A stretch of 64,000 nt of DNA from an uncultured Actinomycetes bacterium (GTDB taxonomy: Bacteria; Actinomycetota; Actinomycetes; Nanopelagicales; Nanopelagicaceae). The notes beneath the pieces were generated by a model that saw nothing but the letters and a program-made list of their open reading frames with translations, was not told the origin of the DNA and searched no databases. Numbering within the stretch: position 1 is the first letter of the stretch; every line of letters starts with the position of its first letter. Positions 19,481 through 29,714 of this stretch are shown here, piece by piece. The translations under genes were made by a program, and so were the position numbers. The stretch lies in assembly GCA_903842675.1 (NCBI GenBank), contig CAIMMQ010000017.1, positions 4,442 through 68,441 on the forward strand, given 5' to 3'.

Positions 19481-20284
19481 ATGCCAATCAAGTTCGTTAC
19501 AAAACCACCAGCAATTTTTCTTGCAATAGCACTAGCTCTAGCGCTATTTATGCCGCTGCCCTTTGCGATTATTCAACCTGGCCCAGTATCTGATCTGCTC
19601 GGCTCAAATATTCAAGCCGCAAAAGGTGCGAGCCTAGATTTAAAGCCGACTTCTGGAAAGTTATATTCACTCTCAGTCTTTGTTAATAGCCCAAACTCCA
19701 AACCACTCGGGATAAATGTTTTGATCGCGTGGATTTTGGGTTCCGAGACGGTCGTGCCATTTTCATCAGTCTATGAATCAGGTACCTCGAATAAGGCAGA
19801 GCAAGCACTTGGTGCCCGCCAGATGTCATCATCGCAACAGAACGCAACGCTAGCAGCAGCGAATTTAATAAAAGCTTTAAACCCAGATAAACCTCTTGCG
19901 TGGAAACCAAGTGATATCGCATTTAAATTAAAAGATGTTGGCGGCCCAAGTGCCGGTCTGGCATTTGGTGTGGCACTTGTATCCAGATTGCAAGATCCAA
20001 CATTGATTGGTGGTCGTGCGATTGCGGCGACTGGAACAATTTCGGAAAATGGTGCGGTTGGTCGGATCGGTGGAATAAATCAAAAATATATTTCAGCAAA
20101 GCGTGCCAAGGCCGACATCTTCTTAATGCCGAAAGACAATTGCCAAGACTTGGCTGATTTGAAGCAGAAGATTTCACCGGTCGGGGAGAGCGCGAAGACC
20201 CCGCAGATAATTGCGGTTAAATCGCTTCTAGAAGCGGTTCACGCTCTTGCTGACAGCAATCTCGCTGCGACCTACCACTGCTAG
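19481..20284 (+). CDS. Membrane-anchored Lon-type (S16) protease, YlbL/Rv3194c family, lacking PDZ
   Basis: N-terminal TM followed by PGP, VGGPSAGLAF (catalytic Ser), IAATGTI..GRIGGINQK (catalytic Lys). Confidence 0.85.
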   Translation: MPIKFVTKPPAIFLAIALALALFMPLPFAIIQPGPVSDLLGSNIQAAKGASLDLKPTSGKLYSLSVFVNSPNSKPLGINVLIAWILGSETVVPFSSVYESGTSNKAEQALGARQMSSSQQNATLAAANLIKALNPDKPLAWKPSDIAFKLKDVGGPSAGLAFGVALVSRLQDPTLIGGRAIAATGTISENGAVGRIGGINQKYISAKRAKADIFLMPKDNCQDLADLKQKISPVGESAKTPQIIAVKSLLEAVHALADSNLAATYHC

Positions 20285-20341
20285 CGCACCCACCGTAAAG
20301 ACCGATAGGAAACAGCTATCGGAAATAGGTAGAGTGGGGCT

Positions 20342-23257
20342 ATGAGTTCATTTCAGTTTCCAGGTAATCCTTTTTCAAATCCAGGTGGCCCAAGAGGACC
20401 AAGATCTGGTGGCCCAATCGGTCGGCCAAAAATTGGACCACTTGGTTTTACGCTAATAACTCTCGCAGTAATCGCAGCGATTCTCATCGGCTCCAGCGGT
20501 TTCTATGCTGATCTGCTCTGGTTTAGATCAGTGCAATTCGTAAGTGTTTGGAAGACGATATTAGAAACCAAGATCACGCTCTTTTTGGCTTTTGGATTAC
20601 TTACTTCAGCAATCATCACATCAAACGTTTACATCGCATTTCGCAATCGCCCAATTTATGTTCCAGTAGCGGTTGAGGCAGATAATTTAGAACGCTATCG
20701 CGCACAGTTAGAACCGATCCGCAAATGGGCGCTAGTTGCTATTGCGGTTTTCTTATTTTATTTCTCGGGCAACTCTGGAATGCGCCTTTGGGATACCTGG
20801 CTGCAATTTAAAAATTCCACGCCATTTGGTACCAAGGATTCCCAATTTGGTTTAGATATTTCATTCTTCGCATTTAAATTGCCGTTCTATCAATCTCTAA
20901 TCAGCTGGGCGATCTCGACCTTATTCTTAACGATCCTGGCCGCTACCGTTGTCCATTATTTGTATGGCGGAATTCGCCTTCAGGTTCAAGAAGATCGCAC
21001 CACAGTAGCCGCGCGCGTTCAGCTTTCAGTATTACTCGGCGTCCTTGTACTAATCAAGGCTGTTGCTTATTGGTTCGACCGTTATGCACTCTCGCTGCGT
21101 GAAGGTCGCTTGATTACTGGTCTGACCTACACCGATGTAAATGCAGTACTGCCAGCAAAAGCGATTCTCGCTGGTATTGCTGTTGTCTGTTCGCTTTTAT
21201 TCTTTGCAAACATAATCCGCCGCTCATGGGTCCTTCCTGCAGCCGGCGTCAGTTTGATGGTTATCGCATCAGTTCTAATTGCCGGTATTTATCCCGCAGC
21301 GATTCAGCAATTTCAAGTTAAGCCAAGTGAGTCTTCAAAAGAGGCGCCATTCATTCAGCGCAATATCGATGCAACCCGAGCCGCTTATGGCCTAGGAAAT
21401 GTGAGCGTCAAGGATTACCAGGCAACCATTGCAACTTCTGCCGGGCAATTATCAAACGATGCTTCAACTATCTCTAACATTCGATTAATCGATCCAAATG
21501 TTGTGCCGGCGACTTTCCGCCAGCTTCAACAGATCAAGCCTTATTACACCTTCCCGGATTCGCTAGACGTTGATCGCTACAAAGTTAACGGCGTTAAGCG
21601 TGATGCGATTGTCGCGGTTCGCGAATTAAATATTAATGGCAACCCAGCCCGTAACTGGATTAACGATCACTTGGTTTATACCCACGGCTTTGGCTTTGTA
21701 TCGGCACTCGGCAATGCAATTGATGCTGATGGAAAACCTTCATTCACGGTTGGCGATATTCCACCAACTACTGGCCTTGGAAAATTTGAACCACGTATTT
21801 ACTTTGGCGAGAATGTTCCAGATTATTCAATTATCGGTGGCGCAAAATCCAGCACCCCAACCGAACTCGATTATCCAGATGATAAATCTGCGAATGGTCA
21901 GAAGAACTACACATATACCGGTTCTGGTGGTGTGCCAATGGGCTCACTCTTTACTCGCTTACTCTTTGCGATTAAATATCAAGAACAACGCATCGTTCTC
22001 TCAAACTTAATTAACTCTGATTCAAAGATTCTTTTCAATCGAAATCCTAAGGATCGGGTAGCAAAGGTTGCACCTTGGCTTACTCTCGATGGCAATACCT
22101 ACCCAGCCATTGTTAATGGCCGAGTTATTTGGATCCTTGATGGCTATACAACTAGCGCTGGTTACCCAAATGCCAAGCGCACCAACCTTGCGGCCGCAAC
22201 CACAAATTCAATTACCACCAATTCTGCAACAGTAGGTTCGTTGCCAGATAAGACAGTCAATTACATTCGCAACTCGGTTAAGGCAACTGTCGATGCTTAT
22301 GACGGAACTGTCACGCTCTACCAGTGGGATACCTCAGATCCAGTTCTCGCGACTTGGAGCAAATCTTTCCCAGGAACTGTGAAGCCTAAGAGTGCAATGT
22401 CAGCAGGATTGCTTGATCACATTCGCTATCCAGAAGATCTATTCGGAGTTCAGCGCGATGTACTCAGCACTTATCACGTTGCAACAGCTGGCGCCTTCTA
22501 CGGTGGCCAAGACTTCTGGCGCGTACCAACTGATCCTTCATCACTTGGTGCAAATGCCGGAGTTCAACCTCCTTATTACATGACCATGAAACTGCCTGGC
22601 GAAAAAGCCGCAGCATTCTCACTTACAACTTCCTTCGTGCCACGCGGAAATCGTCAGAACCTAACTGCCTTTGCTGTTGTGAACTCTGATAACGGTCCGG
22701 ACTACGGAAAAATAACGGTCTTGCAATTGCCACGTTCCACAAACATTTCAGGTCCATCACAAGTTGCTTCAAACTTTGAAGCGAAACCAGAAGTTGCCCA
22801 GGCGCTCTCACTACTGCGTCAAGGCGGTTCTGATGTCGTGCTGGCAAACTTGCTAACACTTCCAGTCGGCGGCGGCTTACTTTATGTCCAGCCGGTTTAC
22901 GTACGGGCAACTGCAAACTCATCTGCTTACCCATTACTTCAAAAAGTTTTAGTTTCCTTCGGTGATCAAATTGGATTTGATAACACACTCCAAGGTGCAC
23001 TAGATCAAGTCTTTGGTGGAAACTCTGGAACAGTACTAAATAGCACTGCGCCATCTGCAACTGGTTCTGGTGGAACTACAAGTGGAAATACTTCAACTTC
23101 TGGAATGAGTTCATCACTTCGTTCCGCACTTGCTAGTGCACAATCAGCGCTTGCTGATTCACAAGCTGCACTTAAGAAGGGTGACTTCACTGCATATGGC
23201 AAGGCACAGGATCGCTTGAAAGCAGCGATTGCTGCAGCGATTAACGCACAGAAATAG
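20342..23257 (+). CDS. UPF0182 family membrane protein (Rv3193c-like)
   Basis: DLLWF, DSQFGLDISFFAFKLP, HLVYTHGFG, NYIRNSVKATVDAYDG, HIRYPEDLF. Confidence 0.93.
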   Translation: MSSFQFPGNPFSNPGGPRGPRSGGPIGRPKIGPLGFTLITLAVIAAILIGSSGFYADLLWFRSVQFVSVWKTILETKITLFLAFGLLTSAIITSNVYIAFRNRPIYVPVAVEADNLERYRAQLEPIRKWALVAIAVFLFYFSGNSGMRLWDTWLQFKNSTPFGTKDSQFGLDISFFAFKLPFYQSLISWAISTLFLTILAATVVHYLYGGIRLQVQEDRTTVAARVQLSVLLGVLVLIKAVAYWFDRYALSLREGRLITGLTYTDVNAVLPAKAILAGIAVVCSLLFFANIIRRSWVLPAAGVSLMVIASVLIAGIYPAAIQQFQVKPSESSKEAPFIQRNIDATRAAYGLGNVSVKDYQATIATSAGQLSNDASTISNIRLIDPNVVPATFRQLQQIKPYYTFPDSLDVDRYKVNGVKRDAIVAVRELNINGNPARNWINDHLVYTHGFGFVSALGNAIDADGKPSFTVGDIPPTTGLGKFEPRIYFGENVPDYSIIGGAKSSTPTELDYPDDKSANGQKNYTYTGSGGVPMGSLFTRLLFAIKYQEQRIVLSNLINSDSKILFNRNPKDRVAKVAPWLTLDGNTYPAIVNGRVIWILDGYTTSAGYPNAKRTNLAAATTNSITTNSATVGSLPDKTVNYIRNSVKATVDAYDGTVTLYQWDTSDPVLATWSKSFPGTVKPKSAMSAGLLDHIRYPEDLFGVQRDVLSTYHVATAGAFYGGQDFWRVPTDPSSLGANAGVQPPYYMTMKLPGEKAAAFSLTTSFVPRGNRQNLTAFAVVNSDNGPDYGKITVLQLPRSTNISGPSQVASNFEAKPEVAQALSLLRQGGSDVVLANLLTLPVGGGLLYVQPVYVRATANSSAYPLLQKVLVSFGDQIGFDNTLQGALDQVFGGNSGTVLNSTAPSATGSGGTTSGNTSTSGMSSSLRSALASAQSALADSQAALKKGDFTAYGKAQDRLKAAIAAAINAQK

Positions 23258-23325
23258 TAGAAAGTAGTTAAGTAATACTCCGTTTTGGGTTATTGCAGAC
23301 TTTCTATTAAGATTGCAGAAACCGA

Positions 23326-23399
23326 CGCGGGGTGGAGCAGCTCGGTAGCTCGCTGGGCTCATAACCCAGAGGTCATAGGTTCAAATCCTGTCCCCGCTA
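23326..23399 (+). tRNA. tRNA-fMet (CAT), initiator; CCA not encoded
   Basis: CGCGGGGTGGAGCAGCTCGGTAGCTCGCTGGGCTCATAACCCAG...GGTTCAAATCCTGTCCCCGCTA; C1 unpaired; three G-C pairs at the base of the anticodon stem. Confidence 0.97.
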
Positions 23400-23420
23400 C
23401 TAGCACTAAATAGAAGTTAC

Positions 23421-24071
23421 TTATTCAGTAACTTCTTGCAATCTATGGCTGACTTCAAATGTGCCATACGCCAGGCCATCCACTGCTAATACATAAACGT
23501 TATTTCCTTTTGCTTGCGCGCTTGCAACAGCGGTCGATATCGATTCCAGAAAATTTGCAGTTGCTTTAGCCATTGCAATTGAAGGCCCAAGAATCACATT
23601 TCGAGGCTTTCCAGAAACGATGATTTTTGCGGCAATTCCTTGTACCGGCGATTGGCTCCACTGCGTAAATGCAATCGGCGTAGTTCCTTGTGCCGCCAAA
23701 TGTGTTCCAACGGCTCGCATGCTCTTATGTTGATCACTTGGATTCTCGACACTTTTCGCTAAGAAATCAGCGAGCCCAACTAAAAGCGTTGCGGTGATTG
23801 TTTTAAGCGTTGCCTCTTCCATCAGGGCATCTGAATCTGCTGGGTAAGGATTCTCCTCAAAAACCTGCGTTTCAACTTCGAATACCTCTTCGAATTTTGG
23901 AACTGGTTTCACTTTAGGGCTGGATTTTCCTTCTTTTGGTTTCTTGAAAAGGATTACTAGCAAGACAATAACAAGTAGAAGCACCAGGGCTGCGAGGATA
24001 TAAAGAATTTTATGCGTTGGGTAGTTATCTAAGAAGGATTGCCACTTGATTTTCAAATTACTTACCCGCAA
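23421..24071 (-). CDS. Membrane-anchored protein with a stand-alone P1B-ATPase nucleotide-binding (N) domain-like region
   Basis: One TM helix, a Lys/Pro/Glu linker, then AKSVENPSDQHKSMRAV..PVQGIAA..VILG..AKGNNVYVLAVDGLAYGTFEV. Confidence 0.55.
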   Translation of the reverse strand: MRVSNLKIKWQSFLDNYPTHKILYILAALVLLLVIVLLVILFKKPKEGKSSPKVKPVPKFEEVFEVETQVFEENPYPADSDALMEEATLKTITATLLVGLADFLAKSVENPSDQHKSMRAVGTHLAAQGTTPIAFTQWSQSPVQGIAAKIIVSGKPRNVILGPSIAMAKATANFLESISTAVASAQAKGNNVYVLAVDGLAYGTFEVSHRLQEVTE

Positions 24072-24864
24072 TCGCTGTAATAAATTCGGCTAGCAATTTC
24101 CCATTACTTGAAATTGCACCAGCACCATGTGGCCCAGGCTTGCCGGAAAGATCGGTGAATGTGCCGCCGGCTTCGCGAACAATTATGTCGAGAGCTGCCA
24201 TATCCCATAGCGCAAGTGTTGGTTCTACTGAAATATCAACCGCGCCTTCGGCAACCAACATATGGGCCCAGAAATCGCCATGACCACGAGTACGCCAAAC
24301 GTGTTCTTGTAAATCGATAAAGGCCGAACGTTTATTGCCCCAACCAACTAAATCAGAGTAAGCGAGTGAAGCGTCGGAAAGTTTTGCAACTTTAGATACG
24401 GAAATCTTCTTTGATTCGTTATTAAATTTAACAAAGGCCCCGCTACCCAAAGCAGCATGCCAGCGTCGCCCTAGAGCGGGTGCGCTTACAACACCTGCAA
24501 CAACTTCATTTGCTGGATTTACTAAGCCAATTAAGGTGGCCCACGCAGGGACGCCTCGTAAATAATTCTTTGTGCCATCAATCGGATCGATCACCCAGTA
24601 ATAGTTATCGCCATCTAAATCTGGTCTGCCAAATTCTTCGCCGACAATTAGGTCATTAGGACGCCGGCGGGCTAATTCTGATCGAATCGCGCTTTCAACT
24701 GCCTTATCGGCATCGGTTACCGGTGTTAAATCTGGTTTAGTTTCAATTACAAGATCGAGTGCTTGATACCTTGCAAGGGAGATCGCATCTGCAATATCGG
24801 CAAGCTCAATTGCAAGATTTAGGTCATCCGCTAAATCAAATTCTCGACTGGAAATCTTATTCAC
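24058..24864 (-). CDS. hisN: Histidinol-phosphatase (inositol monophosphatase family)
   Basis: KPDLTPVTDAD, GEEFG, WVIDPIDGTKNYLRGVPAWATLI, RTRGHGDFW, WDMAA. Confidence 0.88.
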   Translation of the reverse strand: MNKISSREFDLADDLNLAIELADIADAISLARYQALDLVIETKPDLTPVTDADKAVESAIRSELARRRPNDLIVGEEFGRPDLDGDNYYWVIDPIDGTKNYLRGVPAWATLIGLVNPANEVVAGVVSAPALGRRWHAALGSGAFVKFNNESKKISVSKVAKLSDASLAYSDLVGWGNKRSAFIDLQEHVWRTRGHGDFWAHMLVAEGAVDISVEPTLALWDMAALDIIVREAGGTFTDLSGKPGPHGAGAISSNGKLLAEFITAIAGK

Positions 24865-24876
24865 GGGGCGAGCCTA

Positions 24877-25932
24877 TCAAGCCTGCATTAAACGGCGCAG
24901 GCTCTCCAATCGGGACTTACTTGTCGCATCAAGATCCCAAGAGTTAAGGGCGCAGCTCTCTTCATTGTGCGAGCAGTTCTTTGGACAATGTTCAATCGCT
25001 TCGGAGAATTCAGTAAAGGCGCCAATAACGCGCTTGCTATCAATGTGAGCAACGCCAAAGGAGCGCACACCGGGTGTGTCAATAATCCAACCAGTTTCCC
25101 GCAGACCAGATTTATTTTCTGCTGGTGATAGTGGATTTAACCGAAGCGCCAGTGCAGATGAAGATGTGTGACGCCCGCGACCAGTAACTTCATTAACAAT
25201 TCCAGTAGCACGGTCTGCAGAATCAACAAGTGCATTTACCAAAGTTGATTTGCCAACACCCGAGTGACCAAGCAGAACTGTCTTCTTATTACTTAGCGCC
25301 CCTCGAATTTGTGATAAATCGGCACCGCGCTGGGTTTTTAGAATCTCGACCTCTAGATCATCATATGAAGTTAAAAATTCTTTGGCATCAGCAAGATCGC
25401 ATTTAGTCACGATGATGATTGGCTTTATGCCTTGATCGAAGGCAACAACTAAAGCGCGATCAACGAATCCATGTCGGGGTTCGGGGTTGGCACTGGCAAT
25501 AACAATCGCCATTTGCTCGACATTTGCAACAATCATCCGTTCCATCTCGGCGCTGTCATCAACCGTTCTTGTTAAGGAATTTTTTCTAGGTGAAACAGTG
25601 ACAATGCGAGCCAGCGTTCCGGCATCACCGGTTGTATCGCCAACAATTCCAACTACATCACCGACAACAACAGATTTACGGCCGAGTTCGCGCGATTTCA
25701 TCGCCGTGATTACTTCATCGCCCTGATTGTTTCCTGTCTGGCTGTTCCCTGCCTGACTGTTCCCTGCCTGCGAATCAAGAGTTATACAAGTTGTTCGACC
25801 ACGATCAACTGCAATAACTAGTGCTTGTTTTGCTTTGCTGTAATCGGGACGATCTTTAGTGCGCGGCCGAGTGCTGCGTGCTGGTCTTGACCTAACATCA
25901 TCTTCGTCGAGGTCGCGAGAGTTACTTGCCAA
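24877..25932 (-). CDS. rsgA: Ribosome small subunit-dependent GTPase RsgA
   Basis: Circularly permuted GTPase: TKCD, GHSGVGKSTLVN, GRGRHTS, DTPG, Zn finger CPKNCSH....C. Confidence 0.93.
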   Translation of the reverse strand: MASNSRDLDEDDVRSRPARSTRPRTKDRPDYSKAKQALVIAVDRGRTTCITLDSQAGNSQAGNSQTGNNQGDEVITAMKSRELGRKSVVVGDVVGIVGDTTGDAGTLARIVTVSPRKNSLTRTVDDSAEMERMIVANVEQMAIVIASANPEPRHGFVDRALVVAFDQGIKPIIIVTKCDLADAKEFLTSYDDLEVEILKTQRGADLSQIRGALSNKKTVLLGHSGVGKSTLVNALVDSADRATGIVNEVTGRGRHTSSSALALRLNPLSPAENKSGLRETGWIIDTPGVRSFGVAHIDSKRVIGAFTEFSEAIEHCPKNCSHNEESCALNSWDLDATSKSRLESLRRLMQA

Positions 25933-27262
25933 GGTTTTCCTGACTTTTATTAACCTGACTCAATAAATCCAGCCACGCACCAGGAAAATCTGGCAACGTT
26001 TTTTGGGTAGTTGCAATGTTCTCTACTTGAATCCCTTGAACGACCAGCCCAAGCATTGCTCCCGCAGTTGCAAGCCGGTGATCATCATAAGTATGGAAAA
26101 TACCTGCGTGCAGCGGGGTTGGTGAGATGTATAGCGAGGTTGCTTCTTCTTCAACATCTCCGCCCAGTGAATTCAATTCAGTTGCAAGTGCGGCAAGTCG
26201 ATCTGTTTCGTGCAACCGTAGATGCCCGATTTCGCGCAGCGTTGAAGGTGAATCCGCCAGCGCCGCAACTGCAGCAATTGAAGGAGTTAGTTCGCCAACA
26301 TCATGTAGATCAACATCTATGCCGTGAATTGCACCAGTTCCAGTTACTTTCAAACCTTGGTCAGTAAATGAAATTTGCGCGCCCATCTGGGTAAGGATCT
26401 TACGTAATTGATCGCCAGGTTGCGCAGTAGATTTTGGCCAATCGGCTATTACAACTTCGCCACCACAGATCATCGCAGCTGCCATAAAGGGCGCGGCATT
26501 AGATAGATCAGGTTCAATCACTAAATCTTGGCCCTGTAATTCACCTGGCCAAACTTTCCATTGATGCGAATTTGCGCCATCGGAAATTACTTCAACTTTG
26601 GCACCAAACTGGCGCAACATAAGAATTGTCATTTCAATATGTGGAGCAGATGGCAACGAGGCACCGATGTGCTTAATCGTTATACCTTGCGTTGTTGCAG
26701 GTCCTATAAGCAATAGCGCCGAGATAAATTGGCTAGAGGAGGATGCATCAATTTCTAGATGGCCACCCTTTATTTTGCCATTTCCATTAATCGTTAACGG
26801 CAGGCGATATTGGTTTCCATGTTCAATCGTGATACCAAGATCTTCGAGCGCTGAAATGACTGGGCCAAGTGGCCGCTCGTGTGACCGTGGGTCGCCATCG
26901 AAATGAACTAGACCATTTGCAAGCGCAGCAACAGGTGGCAAGAAGCGCATTACAGTTCCAGCATTTCCAACATCAACGCTTGCCGGTCCTAAGAATTTTC
27001 CAGGTGTAACTTTTAGATCGCCATTTGGTTCTTGAATGATCTGGCAACCTATTGCGCGCAGACCTTGAATCATTAGCGCGGAGTCGCGCGAGTGAAGCGG
27101 CTTTCGCAGGATGGATGGCGTGGCGGCAAGGGCTGCCAAAATTAGTGCGCGATTTGTCGCTGATTTGGAACCAGGGATAACAATTGCTGCCGAGATCGGT
27201 TTAGCACCGCGAAAGGGCGCAGGCCAAAGTTCATGCGCACCCGATGTATTACCAGCTGTCAT
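25922..27262 (-). CDS. aroA: 3-phosphoshikimate 1-carboxyvinyltransferase (EPSP synthase)
   Basis: PGSKSATNRAL, GNAGTVMRF, SSSQFISALL, LRLHETDRL, YDDHRLA, KTLPDF; start could extend to 27295. Confidence 0.95.
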   Translation of the reverse strand: MTAGNTSGAHELWPAPFRGAKPISAAIVIPGSKSATNRALILAALAATPSILRKPLHSRDSALMIQGLRAIGCQIIQEPNGDLKVTPGKFLGPASVDVGNAGTVMRFLPPVAALANGLVHFDGDPRSHERPLGPVISALEDLGITIEHGNQYRLPLTINGNGKIKGGHLEIDASSSSQFISALLLIGPATTQGITIKHIGASLPSAPHIEMTILMLRQFGAKVEVISDGANSHQWKVWPGELQGQDLVIEPDLSNAAPFMAAAMICGGEVVIADWPKSTAQPGDQLRKILTQMGAQISFTDQGLKVTGTGAIHGIDVDLHDVGELTPSIAAVAALADSPSTLREIGHLRLHETDRLAALATELNSLGGDVEEEATSLYISPTPLHAGIFHTYDDHRLATAGAMLGLVVQGIQVENIATTQKTLPDFPGAWLDLLSQVNKSQENLGK

Positions 27263-27318
27263 CTCTGCTGTTATTCCCTTCGTCCTAGTGCGCAAGCCTA
27301 CCCGCTATTCTTGCGACC

Positions 27319-28047
27319 ATGTGTGGCCGATACGCCCTCTCGAAATTGCCCAGTGAATTAATTGAAGAATTTGAAATCACCGCTGGCGCAACGGGAAGTG
27401 CGCTGCCTTTTGATTGGAACATAACCCCAACTCGGCAGATAAATGTCATTAGAGCTAATCAAGATCACGCGCGTGAACTTGCAAATGTTTCCTGGGGAAT
27501 TATCGCGCCCTGGAGTAAAGATCGCACTGAGGCAGTGCGCTCACAATCTCAAGCAATTAATGCGCGCGGTGAAAGCGTTCACGAGAAGCCAACATTTCGA
27601 AATGCATTTAAATCTCGTCGTTGTTTAATACCGGCAACGGGTTATTACGAATGGGCAACTGAACTTGGTAGGTACGGGACTAAACAACCATTTTATATTC
27701 ATTCGGCAACCGAAAATAAAACGTTAGCCATTGCTGGAATTTATGATCGTTGGGTTGATACAAATGGCGAAATATTTGAGAGCGCTGCAATCATCACCAG
27801 AGAAGCTGTTGGATTTTTGGCGACTGTTCATCATCGAATGCCCACATTTCTTCCGCCCGATCGTTGGGATCAATGGCTAAGTCCAGAGCTCACTGATGTA
27901 AACGAAGTTAGATCACTGATGGAGTTATCTGATCCAGCTGCCGGCCTAGCCGCCCATCCAGTTTCAACTCTTGTAAATGCCACCCGTAACAACGGCCCAG
28001 AATTGATCGAAGAGATTGAATTGGGGGAGCCGGAAACGCTTTTTTAG
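27319..28047 (+). CDS. SOS response-associated peptidase (SRAP/YedK/HMCES) abasic-site protein
   Basis: N-terminal MCGRY, INARGES, RRCLIPATGYYEW, HHRMP. Confidence 0.93.
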   Translation: MCGRYALSKLPSELIEEFEITAGATGSALPFDWNITPTRQINVIRANQDHARELANVSWGIIAPWSKDRTEAVRSQSQAINARGESVHEKPTFRNAFKSRRCLIPATGYYEWATELGRYGTKQPFYIHSATENKTLAIAGIYDRWVDTNGEIFESAAIITREAVGFLATVHHRMPTFLPPDRWDQWLSPELTDVNEVRSLMELSDPAAGLAAHPVSTLVNATRNNGPELIEEIELGEPETLF

Positions 28048-28089
28048 GCGCTGCGGCGTTTCAAGGAAGGGAATGGATAGGGAATAAAG

Positions 28090-28117
28090 GGAATAAAGCT
28101 CCAACCTGAGAGGTTGA
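28090..28117 (+). promoter_or_regulatory. SigR/SigH-type autoregulatory promoter
   Basis: GGAAT-N18-GTTGA upstream of the sigma gene. Confidence 0.75.
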
Positions 28118-28163
28118 TTAGATAAGCAGCGTAGTGCGCATTTAATCAGGAAGGCAGGCATAG

Positions 28164-28874
28164 GTGGCGGTAGCCTTGTGGCCAATGGCCTCCAACAAAT
28201 CTGAAAAGTCGGAAAAAATTGACGATTTAGAAAACTCTGGGAATACAGCCCAGGGCGCTCTAGAAGTTCGAGCACGCGCCGGCGCTCTTGCAACAGAGTC
28301 ACTTAGTGATCGCACTTCACGCTTTGAGCGAGACGCCATGCAATATACAAATCAGCTTTATGCCGCAGCGCTTCGCTACACAAAGAATCCGCATGATGCG
28401 CAAGATTTAGTTCAAGATACTTATGCCAAGGCATTTACCTCGTTTCATCAATTCGAACCTGGCACAAATTTAAAGGCCTGGTTGTATCGAATTCTCACAA
28501 CGACATTTATAAATACCTATCGCAAAGATCAACGCCGACCACAAATTTCTGATGGTGAATTAGAAGATTGGCAGATACATGCCGCTGCTAGCCACACCAG
28601 CAACGAAGGAAAATCTGCTGAAGATGAAGTACTTGAAAATCTTCCAGATGGCGATGTGAAGCGCGCCCTTCATGAGATTCCAGAAGAGTTTAGGTTGGCA
28701 GTTTTCTATGCTGATGTTGAAGGTTATGCCTACAAGGAGATTGCCCAAATTCTTGGAATTCCAGCAGGCACTGTGATGTCTCGGCTGCATCGTGGTCGCA
28801 AACTATTGCGTGAACTTCTAATGGATTACGCCAAGGACCGGGGCTTTCTTAAGAATTCGGAGGACAAAAAATGA
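28164..28874 (+). CDS. sigH: ECF sigma factor SigH/SigR (thiol-oxidative stress)
   Basis: [53 protein letters not shown]; followed by a ZAS anti-sigma. Confidence 0.9.
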   Translation: MAVALWPMASNKSEKSEKIDDLENSGNTAQGALEVRARAGALATESLSDRTSRFERDAMQYTNQLYAAALRYTKNPHDAQDLVQDTYAKAFTSFHQFEPGTNLKAWLYRILTTTFINTYRKDQRRPQISDGELEDWQIHAAASHTSNEGKSAEDEVLENLPDGDVKRALHEIPEEFRLAVFYADVEGYAYKEIAQILGIPAGTVMSRLHRGRKLLRELLMDYAKDRGFLKNSEDKK

Positions 28875-29266
28875 CTCCTAATAATTTTGGTCCTTTTGAT
28901 AGCGGCAATTGCGAGAGCGTTATCCAAGCCCTTTTCCTCTTCATAGATAATGAAATTTCAGATATGAGTGAAGCACAAGCCCTTGAACTTCACCTGCAGC
29001 AATGTCCGCCATGCCGGACTGAGATGGAACACGAGAGCCGAGTTATAAATCAATTAAAGAACCTGTTGGCTTCAAGCTGTTGTGAAGAAGCTCCGGAGGA
29101 GTTAAACCGCAGAATTGCGGCTCAGACCGCTCTGCTCGCTGCGCAGATGTCGAATCCAACCCAAGTGATCACCGAATACCGTCGCACCGAGACAACAATC
29201 AATGGCGAAACACTTATTGAAATTGAAACGACTCACGAGATTAGGCGGGATTTCCCGCTAAGTTAA
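28871..29266 (+). CDS. rsrA: Zinc-binding anti-sigma factor RsrA/RshA
   Basis: N-terminal Cys plus HLQQCPPC (HxxxCxxC) and SCCEEAP; ATGA coupling to the sigma gene. Confidence 0.85.
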   Translation: MTPNNFGPFDSGNCESVIQALFLFIDNEISDMSEAQALELHLQQCPPCRTEMEHESRVINQLKNLLASSCCEEAPEELNRRIAAQTALLAAQMSNPTQVITEYRRTETTINGETLIEIETTHEIRRDFPLS

Positions 29267-29271
29267 CCGTT

Positions 29272-29694
29272 ATGAATAGTGATGCAGTTCGCGGAGCCAT
29301 TGGAATGGCATCCCTGACTGTTCGCCCCGGCGACACCTCGGTTGCCCAGGCGTTAAATGATTTACCGATTCTTGCAACACCAACACTCGTGAATATCTTC
29401 GAGGGGGCTTGTAGCGCTGCATTGGCCGAGCATATGGAATCTGGTGAAACTACGGTAACCGCTGAAATAAATTTACTTACGAATCTATCGGTTGGAGTCG
29501 GCGCCGAAATTAGAGCACATGCAACTTGTGTAGAGGTTGATGGATCTTTGCTTAAGTTCAGCGTTGAAGTCCATCACGGAAGTAAATTAGTCGCATCCGG
29601 CGTGGTACTTCGTAAACTTGTCGATCGAGTTTCATTTGGTGCCAGAGTCGCGGCCGAGAGCATTCTCGGGGAAACTCCTCCGGCACCAAACTAA
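29272..29694 (+). CDS. Hot-dog fold thioesterase (fluoroacetyl-CoA thioesterase FlK-like)
   Basis: PILATPTLVNIFEGAC, GETTV, VDGSLLKFSVEV. Confidence 0.75.
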   Translation: MNSDAVRGAIGMASLTVRPGDTSVAQALNDLPILATPTLVNIFEGACSAALAEHMESGETTVTAEINLLTNLSVGVGAEIRAHATCVEVDGSLLKFSVEVHHGSKLVASGVVLRKLVDRVSFGARVAAESILGETPPAPN

Positions 29695-29714
29695 CTAATT
29701 ACTTTTATTACTGA

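Noticed and set aside
25722-25772. SQAGN repeat in RsgA, PAI/PSM repeat in SodX and the Ala/Pro linker in Kgd as functional novelties
   Set aside because: In-frame low-complexity expansions in loops or linkers, most simply explained by slippage.
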